The notes beneath the pieces were generated by a model. That model was not told the origin of the DNA and did not search any database. It saw only the letters and a list, made by a program, of their open reading frames with translations. A stretch of DNA of 62,978 nucleotides, the filler included, from Dugesia japonica (taxonomy: Eukaryota), in assembly GCA_001938525.1 (NCBI GenBank). It is 6 parts of 6 records of this genome, joined end to end, with 100 filler letters (N's around TTAATTAATTAA, not from the genome) between each part and the next. Parts side by side here need not be neighbours in the genome. Positions count along the whole stretch, not along the records: positions 52,843 to 62,978 come from MQRL01542051.1; 5 more parts are not named here. The stretch is one strand, 5' to 3'. This document shows, one piece after another, positions 53,417 through 62,978 of this stretch; positions within the stretch are counted from its first letter, which is position 1; each line of letters opens with the position of its first letter. The position numbers and the translations under genes are program-made.

Positions 53417-53478
<62 letters not shown>
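53270..53478. repeat. (ATT)n microsatellite (similar tracts at 7525-7585, 40147-40200, 44080-44472, 62119-62182)
   Basis: Trinucleotide tandem repeat; it explains the poly-I, poly-L and poly-Y ORFs in the track. Confidence 0.95.
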
Positions 53479-53839
53479 GTGTTATTATTACAAAAATTTT
53501 AAAAATTTATAAAGATATATTTTGTAAATATTTAGCCAATTTTATTTTACTTTATATAAAGAAAATAATTTGTAATATTCTAAAAAACAATTTAATTAAA
53601 GGCTCTGAAAAATAAATACTATTAATTATTGTTATCAATTTTATTATTACTATACTTTTAATAATAAAATAAAAATTCAATAAATAAAAGATAAGTGATT
53701 GGAATTACTTATTTAAGTCATAATCAAAAACACATTACATTGTTAAATAGGCTTTCTTCTTCTGTAACAATTTGAAGTTTGCAATGAAATTGGTTGACAT
53801 AAAAAAACAACGATTATTTTTGTTAATTAAATTTAATTA

Positions 53840-55675
53840 ATTATTTTATAATGATCATAAGCCATACTTTTATTTTTTTGTTCCAAAAGCTCTTATCACC
53901 ATTTCTTAGTTTCTATCGTATAAATCTGGTGATTTATTGACCAGAATGTGTTCTGATTTACCTTCTTTACTTCTCCTGCTTTGGTATATACGTCCAAATA
54001 TTTATCATGATGAAAATCAGTTTGTTTCAAAACAACTCCTTTAGCCTTCAGTGTTGTGCTGCAATCTTCCTTCTTCATGCTATAGCATTTTGGTCTTAAA
54101 AATACCCATTCCAGATAATTTTCTCCTTGGCCCTCATCTTTAAATAATCCGATCTTATTGGCCACTTTACTAGAGTATAATGGGAGATGCTTTGTATAAT
54201 TGCTTGTATCAAATTTCATTTCTCTCAAGAGCCAATCTTTGTCCACTCCAGTACCTGACAAGAAAAATTTATCTGTGTTAATAATATCCATTTTGCAACC
54301 AAATTAATTTCGATATTTTTCCAACTCTTCATACTGTAACTTGTACATGAGTAACCTGCTAAGATCCAGCACCACCCGTCCAATGTAACTTAGCCTATCC
54401 AGACATATGCAATCCTTCTCCAGCAATACAGCTTTTAATCACTCTGCAATATCCATCGTCTGTTTGAATGTCACTTTGCTTGTATACGTAACAAATTTCT
54501 TTTCATTATTGCAGAGTCGAAAATTCATGCGCTTCTTTAAATTTTCAACCATCTTGCCGTACAAAGCATTATTCAGCTACTTATAAAAATCCTTCTCGAA
54601 TTTTGTCTTAGATGCATCTCTTCTCGCTGAATTTGCGCTTATGTAATTTGCAAAAATTTCCGTCTGTTCAAATTTTATTATCCTTTGTACTGCCACCACA
54701 CGAGCACCTAGCTTAATATACAACTCTAGATATTAACACTAGATAACATAATGACTTTTCTTATTCTTTGCTAATTTATCAATACAATTCAAAAATTCTA
54801 CCATACAATTTTCTCCATAAAATGAATAATATTCACATTTTCTGGCTTCCTCAAGCAACAAAATTAATAAATGCCCTGCATCATCTTCTGGAACCAGAAC
54901 AGCTTCAATATCTGCGTATATTACAAATTCTGGAGTCATAGTTTTTCCGAAATCCTTGAATTTCAACTACTTTTCTTCCGACATTGTGTAAAGTGTAGTT
55001 TTTTCTGTTATTCGGCTGCATAGAGTTACGTGTTGATTGAATGTAGTCCGTGTCTTGAATCCATGCAGACACCTTTGGCACCATTTTCTTTCTATTCGAT
55101 ATTCTATTGATTTGACACGTAAATTGAATAATCTATCCACATATACCTTTCCCGTGTAATGATAATTTCGATAGTTTTCCAACATATTCGCCGTCAAATA
55201 GTCATACATCTTTCTTTTCTTTCCAACATCTCTTATCGTCCATACTTGATAACGTGCTTTTCTTAGTTTCTACCGTATAAATCTTATGATTAATTGATCC
55301 AAATATGCTCTGATTAACCCTAGTTACTTTTCCTGCTTTGATATATACACCCATATAATTATCATGACGAATGTCAGTTTGTTTCATACCAACTACTTTA
55401 GCTTTAATTGTTGTGCTGCCATCTTCCTTTTTCATGCTATAGCATTTGGGTCTTAAAAATACCCATTCCAGATAATTTTCTCCTTGACTCTCATCTTTAA
55501 ATAATCCGATCTTATTGGCCACTTTACTAGAGTATAATGAATGATCCTTTGGATAATTGTTTGTATCCAGCAGATCATCAAATTTTATTTCTCTGAGCAA
55601 TATATTTTTATCTACTCCATTACCTGACAAAAAAAGCTATCTGTGTCACCCGCAAAAATATCCATTTTGCATTTC
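53840..55675 (-). mobile_element. Rearranged Polinton pPolB fragments (family A): C-terminal, N-terminal, C-terminal
   Basis: 55675-55202: KMDIFAGDTDSFF..KIGLFKDE..EWVFLRPKCYS..KAK. 55200-54740: WCQRCLHGF..FVIYADIEA. 54735-53840: KDFYK*LNNALYGKMVEN..KIGLFKDE..EWVFLRPKCYS..KAKGV. Confidence 0.88.
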
Positions 55676-55679
55676 TATT

Positions 55680-57110
55680 ATTATTATTAAAGTAAATGGC
55701 ATTGTAGGCTCTTAGGTTTTGCTGTGACAGAGAATACCTCAGTGGCAATAGTACCGATCCATATTTTGAAAATGAGGGTTCAACACCAACATAAGATATC
55801 GGCAACGCTATGTATACTTTAGCAAGATTTGCTAAGTGAGGCAATCTGTCCTCTAAAGCATGCCAAAAATAATTGATATTAGCATGGATTACTTCACGAG
55901 ATTCTATGTCTAAATAAGGTTGCCATTCATCCGCTACATCTATCATTGTCAGAACTAATTTTACATCTTCTGCAAATTTATTTGATAAGAGTGGTAGTTG
56001 TCCTGGATCAAATATTTTGACAATTCTAAATAAATTTATTGCCGGTTGTTTGGTTCCATACACATATTCTATAAGTTTAGTAGTAGCATTGTTCATTGCA
56101 TCTTTAGAGCTGTTGGTTGCAAGGGAAAATTTGGGAGATTTCAGAAAAGACAGTAAGTCAGACACTTTGTTGAAAACCTCGACAGCTATGAATGAATTTG
56201 TCTCAAAAGAAGTCAGATAGCTCATAATATGCTGGCAGTGAACACATACAAATTCAAATTCAGCTCTTANCTCGTTCAATGTATCAGTGCTTTGCAGCAA
56301 CACTGACAGCTTATTTAATTGTATTGTAGCTNCACTGTGTTCGATTTCAGCAGCAACGAATGATATATAAAGGTCAAGATATTCAGCGTGATACTTCACG
56401 GGCTTGAACCAAGATTTCCATCTTGTGGTTACTGGAGTAGGCGGCATGATTGCCTTTTCGAAATTCATTTGTCGCAGATGATGAAAATATCTAGCACGGC
56501 CTCCTGATGCTTTGCAGAAGATGGCCTTGACAGAAGCAGCCAGCATATCAGAAAGTTCAAGTGCTTCACAAAACTCTTCTCCGACTAATGATAAAATATG
56601 CGCCCAACATGTTATATGAACAATATTTGGCAATGTGTTTTGCAAATCGTACTGAAAACATTTTTAATATAAGCTACTTTATCCCTGAAAATTCCACAAT
56701 GTCATTGAAGTTCACATTTATCTCAATTATAGTTTGGATAACTACCTGTTGTTCCAATGCTAGTATTGTTCACTTCTGTTAAGAAATCTTTATTAACTAA
56801 CATTGCTATGCATTGATCTGGTCTAAGAGCATTGAGTGGTTGAAAAGCACATTCACAACATAACGTCCAACAATATCAGTTGTTTAATCAGCAATAATCG
56901 CCACTTTCTTTCCGACTGATTTCGCTGTTATATTAGCGTGATTTTGTTTGTAAGTTCTTGGTACATATAATTCCCTAAGAGTATTTTCTTGCGCTATCTT
57001 ACCACCGCCCTTTACGTTCATCTGTATGAAACTACGAAATATATGGTTGTCAAGTTTCTCTAGAGGTATATTGGCTGCAAAAAATGCTTCAAACGATTTC
57101 ATAACTAAAA
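55680..57110 (-). mobile_element. hAT-like transposase (CGGBP1-related type), partly intact
   Basis: AANIPLEKLDN, IIAD*TTD, HITCWAHILSLVGE (CxxH), PVTTRW and ALPISYVGVEPSFSKY; 341-aa open C-terminal segment. No TIR found. Confidence 0.8.
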
Positions 57111-57249
57111 TATCTTTACATTGCCATACTGATGGATTAGTATTAGAAATGCATAATAATTTATTTTAAAAATTAATAATAATTTATTTTAACAATTATA
57201 CCGAAAACAATTTCAACAGTTGAACAAATTAAAATATATTAGGTTGGAA

Positions 57250-60110
57250 CATAAGTTCGTCTTTTTCATAAATGCTTTTGCCTTGTGGTCTGTTCTCACT
57301 AAAAATCTTTTTCCATACAAATAATGTTTAAAATTGTTACAAAAATAGTAAACAGCCAATAATTCCTTTCATGTTATACAATATGCTTTTTCATGAGCTT
57401 ACATTGCATGTGACTCATGCAATGACTTTTTCTAATCCTCTTTCATCCACTTGCGATAAAACTGCTTCAATTGCATCCAAAATTACATCTGTATCTAGTA
57501 CAAACATCTTTTTGATATCGAGAAAACTCAATATTGGTGCTTTTGTTAATGCCTCTTTCATCTCATTAAAAGCTTTATCACAACTTTCAGACCACAAAAG
57601 TTTTTTTATTGTTACTTCCACATAGCTCTTCAAAGCTTCTAGGTTTCTTTAAGTAATTATTGATAAACCGTCTATAATAATTGCATATTCCCAAAAAGCT
57701 TCTCACGTTCTTCACACATTTAGGTCTTCCGAAATTTTTTATTGATTCAATTTTTGTTGGATCAGTTTGGACTCCATTCTTGTCTATGATATATCCTAAA
57801 CATTTGACTTCTGCTCGCAATAAATGAAATTTTTCTGGATTAGTTCTCANTTCTCATTTTTAAATTCTTTAAAAANCGTGGTCTAAAATTTTATAGTGCT
57901 ACTCTAAATTTTCTGAAAATATCAATATAAAGTCAATGTATACCATTATTTTCTCAATCTTTCTAATACTTTTGTCATTAATTCTTGAAACGTTCCAGGT
58001 GCTGCAGCTTTTCCAAAAGGCATTTTTGTGAAACAATACTGTCCAGTTTTCGTAGGAAATCCTGTTTTCTCTAGTGAATATTTATGTAACCGAACTTGAT
58101 AGTATGCATTACCCAAATCAATAGTACTAAAATATCTTGCAGCACTAAAATTGTCTAGTATTTCCTTTACATTGGGCATCGTAAATGCCTGTCTTCCTGT
58201 GATTAAATTCAGTTTTCTAAATTCTAACGTCTTTCGTCTCCTTTTTCCAACCACATATTAAACGAGTGTTCCATTGCAAATTACACTGCCTAATAATGCC
58301 ATTGTCAAACATATTCTTGATAGCTTCATGGATCTTATTCTCTAAATGCATTGGTTGTCTCCATGGTTTGAAATTTATTGGTTCTCCATTTGTGATTATT
58401 TGATGTTCTGCCATTGTTTTTCTGCCGATATACCAGTTGTTTGACATAAAAATTCCTTTAGAAATCATTATAACTTTCTCAAATTTATCGTTTGGCTTGT
58501 TAATCAATATTTTTATTGCTCTCTGTACTCTCTCTTTATCCGTTGTACAGCGTCCGTACTTTGCTTCTATATTACAAAGATATATTTCATTGTTCTCACA
58601 TTTAGTCTTTCTCAGCAGTTAGAATCCAAACTGTTTCTGTAATTCTATTTCTTTTATTAGATCTAGATGTATCTGTTTCACGACAATGAATTGAACTGAT
58701 TTGCTTTTATTCTCGAATTCCACTTCTACCTTTATCGTACCTACTATTTCAGGCAGACTATTATTGCCACATCCTAAATTGTATTCGCTTTTTAATATAT
58801 TGACTTTTCTCAATCTTTCCAAAATTCTCAAATTCATTACATTAACTCTTGCTCCAGTGTCTAACAAGCAATCAACTTTTGAGCCTTGTCATTCAACTGT
58901 TATACTTGGTCTACCTTGCATCTTTTCATAACTTATCTCTTATCGCTTTATTTCTTCTATCGTCAGAATTTCACTGTCATCTTCTCCATTCATATGATTG
59001 ATCATCTTTGATTGATCTTTAATTAATTCTTTCTTTACAAACTTACAAACTTTTTCTTTTAATTCATTGTACTCATCTACTTGTTTATCTTTGTTTCTTT
59101 TATTTATATGATTATTCATACAATTATAATTAACAATACTGCGATTTTTTGGGATACTTAATTTAACGCTCCGATAATCTTGACTTCGGTTAGAGCTTGG
59201 TCATTTGGGTATTCGTCTTTATAAATAGTTGATACTTCATTACAACAGTGACCTTTGTCTTCTCTACATACATAATCTTTTCCATTTTCCTCAATTAAAT
59301 TAACGTGACTTCCATTCCTTCTTGTGTAGTTATTCGTAGTGTTCGAATAATATCTTTGGTTGTCATTTTCAAATATTTTTCTGGTTTGTTCACTTTTATT
59401 CTGAAAACTAAACTGTCTGTTTATATTTGTGTAACTGTCCTCTGTATGGTGACCTTTCTTGTTGGATTATGGACAACTAACTTTGGTACAGTCTCTTCTT
59501 AAATGTAGTTTAGATTCACAAGCATAACACCTTTTTTTTCTTGACAATTTTTGCTTACATGACCTATTTTGTTACAGGTTCAACGCGTGATTTCTCGCCT
59601 TTCGTTGTTTCTTTATGACTCTTGTTGAAATTTGTTTGTTCTGGACTTCGGCGAATTGCATCTCTGTAGTTACGAACTACATTTATTTCTTCAGTTTTTA
59701 CTTCGTCTTCTATGTCTTCCCACTCTTTTATTGCTTTTTTGTTTCTTGATTTGATTTGCTGTTTAATCTTTCTATCGTTGCAACTATTCATCATTAGCTC
59801 TTTTGTTAAGTCCTCTTTGTTCCATTTATGAGCCATAAACTTTTCTACCAATCCTTCAATTTTCTTCTTATAGATATTTATATGCTCTCCATTCTTTCGA
59901 TAGTTTAGAGCTTCCTCCATATCTTTAATCATTGTTGATAGCGTAAAGAAAATTTTCCTTAATCTTTCTTCAAATCCCAATGATTCGTCTTTATTTTCAT
60001 AGATTTTACGCAGTTCTTTATCTATGAAAGCNACTACAAACAAATTTATTTGGTCTTTCTTTGTTCCGTTTATATCAAAATCTTTCGTTGTCTTAAAAAA
60101 ACTTCAAAAA
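57250..60110 (-). mobile_element. Degenerate Ty3/Gypsy gag-pol (gag with zinc knuckles, protease, RT, RNase H; integrase missing)
   Basis: CYACESKLHLRRDC, LLDTGA, YFSTIDLGNAYYQV, MPFGKAAAPGTFQ, SFLGICNYYRRFI, FVLDTD and FLVRTDHKA. Confidence 0.9.
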
Positions 60111-60199
60111 ATATTTCTAACAACAAACAGTACCATAAATAATAAATTCTTTTTTACGATTTCTGTTACATAGACTTGGAAACAGTTAATAAATTAACG

Positions 60200-61560
60200 G
60201 TAATTTGGCTAGAGGATATTGATACAACAACCAGCCTCAAGATCTAAAACTTACACTACTCTATAATTTCAATTATTATAAGATAAGAAAATGAAAAAAA
60301 AAGATCATTGAATGAATCAATGAAATCAAATCAAATAAATGCAATAAATTTGAAACAACAATACATAATATTTTGGCTGTAAACGGTGACTTAATAAGAA
60401 AACCGTCAAATGTTCAAATCTATCTACATATTTCAGATAAGTCAGTTAACATGTTGATCTAAAACATAACACTCACTTGGAATTAAGTCAAACGAGAAAG
60501 AGTAAAAAACAATAAACAAATAACAGCAGTTGGATAAATAAAATGGGTCCAATGATAAAGATAACAAAGTAATACCAGTGGAAAAAGAGGATCTCTCAAT
60601 GCAATACAAACAATAAATAATCCAAAATAGCAGTAGAAATATTAGGACTATAGAAAAATTCAAAGAAGGAACTAAATAAAACCATTCATGATTAGCTCAG
60701 TGAAAAGTCTCATGTACTCCAAGTCTTGAATATCAAATTTACCCAAGACGATAATACAACAGTTTGATGGAAACGTTATTCCAGAACTTTAAAATGAAAT
60801 GCAAACAAATTAAACAGAAAGATCTGGGACAGGTAAATAGCAACCAAACGAATTAAAAAAAACACATGCCACATGACGGAAATGATTGAACTGAAAAAGA
60901 TTCCAATGTTGCCTGTGAATATGCAAAAGAGTAGACTAGACAAACAAACATTAAGATCAAGAAATAAGCCAATTTCCAAGAAAAACATAATAAACTTTGC
61001 TAAACCAGAACTCAGTCGTGAATAATAGAATGAGAATCATCGAGATTCGATTTTGGAACGGAATTGTAGGAAGAGTTAATTTTTGGGAGAGAACCGAGTA
61101 AGTTAATTTGCAAGATAGGCCAATAACTTTAATTAACAAACAAAATCGTTGAAACAACGAATAAGCAACTGTATTAAAAGAAATTAGACCGGAAACCATT
61201 TTTTTTAATAAATAAATAAAAAGATTTCATTAAATATAAAACCTGATATCGGAAAACAAACTATTTAAAATGTATCAAACTTAATATTCCAATAAAATTG
61301 ATGAATTATGAGCAAGCAAGTAATATCCAAATTATTAGACGGTTTGATTAATTACCTAAGGAATTCACGGAATTTGTGATAAATTAAATTGATTTGCAAA
61401 AAGAAAATGGAATTGACTGTAAAATTAAATCAACAAATTAAAATTATTTTCAAGTATTTTTATTACACAAAGTGAACTTAGATGTATTCTAAGATTCTCA
61501 GATATGCTCATATACGGTCAAACAAGTTCATTTTGTTTAAACGTCTTTAAACATATTTCT
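60200..61560 (+). mobile_element. Possible highly decayed non-LTR retrotransposon ORF2 fragment
   Basis: A-rich, coding-like strand bias with many broken frames. No complete diagnostic motif could be read. Confidence 0.3.
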
Positions 61561-62118
61561 TAATCTTATTTTCCTTTCAATCGAATGAAGTATAAGTAGT
61601 CCGGCCACGCTCCTAGATAGTAAATGATCCGAACACATGAAGGGCTCTCCAAATGATAAATGAAAACTGACGAACTATTTTTCAGGTAAAATTGGTATTA
61701 TGTTCTCGAAAAAGTTGATAAAAATTTAATGCTCTCAAATAAATCTTTAATGATATGATGCTCTCAGCCAAAATCACAGAAAATCTTATGCTTTCAGATA
61801 AAAACAGAAGCTTTAAAATCATTAAACTGAAACTTATTTTATGTATCCTGTTTCATAGCAAATATAATATATATATTTATGTCGTTATTTCTCTCCTTTT
61901 TGAAAGGCAGCAAAATACATGATTATTTTTGATTTTGATCATTTTAGAGCTTCTATCACTCACACAACAAGAACCTAAACCAAATTGGCACGCGCCTTCA
62001 CTTTTTCGATAAAAGTTATTGATGCGGCCGAGCAAACCGGTTTCAGGACGAATGGTTAAATTATGAGTGGGTATAGCTAATCCCTAGATTCGAGTAAATA
62101 AAATCAGTTCCATACCTC

Positions 62119-62182
<64 letters not shown>

Positions 62183-62978
62183 NNNNNNNNNNNNNNNNNN
62201 NNNNNNNNNNNNNNNNNNNNNNNNNNNNNNNNNNNNNNNNNNNNNNCACAAGTTAGATTTAGGTGCGTTTACCGGAAGACGTAAATAATCGTTTACCCAA
62301 CTTTGAAAAAATCTTCGTCCACAATAATATTAACTCAAAAATCTACAAAGTTTTATTTGAACAAAATATACAATTTTTCAAAAATAAATCTTCGACCAAC
62401 TTGGCAAATTTTGCAAAATTACATTCATTTATATATACTTATCATACACACCAAACATCACAAAGAAAAAGATCCAAATGAAATATTTTTATCAAATTAT
62501 AATCTATCCAAAATTTCTTGCACTCAAGACTCTACCAATGAAACATTGACAAAATTTTCGAGATAATTCTGTATTCGCAAATCTACCAATAAAAATGATT
62601 TTGCCATGCTGATCATCCATTGGCTGCACATCAACTTTCTCTAAGACGAAACAAGTGAGGGTTCGGGATCTACTCCGTAAAATTTTAAATTGATTCTATT
62701 TTCAATTTCTATCAGAAACCCTTATTTACTTTAATTTCAAAATTTGATAAATTTTGCTAAGTGTTTAGATTTTTTTTTAATCATTTGAAGTTTTAATCAT
62801 ATTTATTGAGCTGTGGATCATTTATTGAATGGCTTCTCACCATTTGAAATGATCTGTGCTTTTTACTTTAAAGATCTATTTTCATCTATCACTATTACTC
62901 ATCTATATCATTAAATAAAATTATATGAATGTTTTGTCGCTTTTCATATTCAAATAAATATTTTTGTTATTACAAAAA

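Overview
Very AT-rich eukaryotic draft-assembly DNA with short (about 40-55 nt) spliceosomal introns. Five artificial 100-nt linkers (44 N + TTAATTAATTAA + 44 N) split it into six blocks of 8-15 kb that may not be adjacent in the genome. The standout feature is invisible to the ORF track. It is a roughly 51-exon plus-strand gene (2075 to at least 14117, about 1,650 aa) made almost entirely of ankyrin repeats. It has a short N-terminal cap, one divergent first repeat, 47 internal repeats and a C-terminal capping repeat. Each internal repeat sits on its own 99- or 102-nt phase-0 exon and all are stop-free. They share a conserved framework and vary at the positions that form the ankyrin binding surface. 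The layout could act as a splicing- or recombination-combinatorial 'natural DARPin library', but that function is inference. The rest is mostly decayed mobile DNA: Merlin, several hAT elements, pogo/Tigger, a mariner-like remnant, piggyBac, Ty3/Gypsy, Polinton/Maverick pieces from at least two families, MITEs and microsatellites. There are also a small PLDLS-motif gene, the acidic 3' end of another gene and a few orphan ORFs. All calls come from manual reading and translation; no database searches were run.
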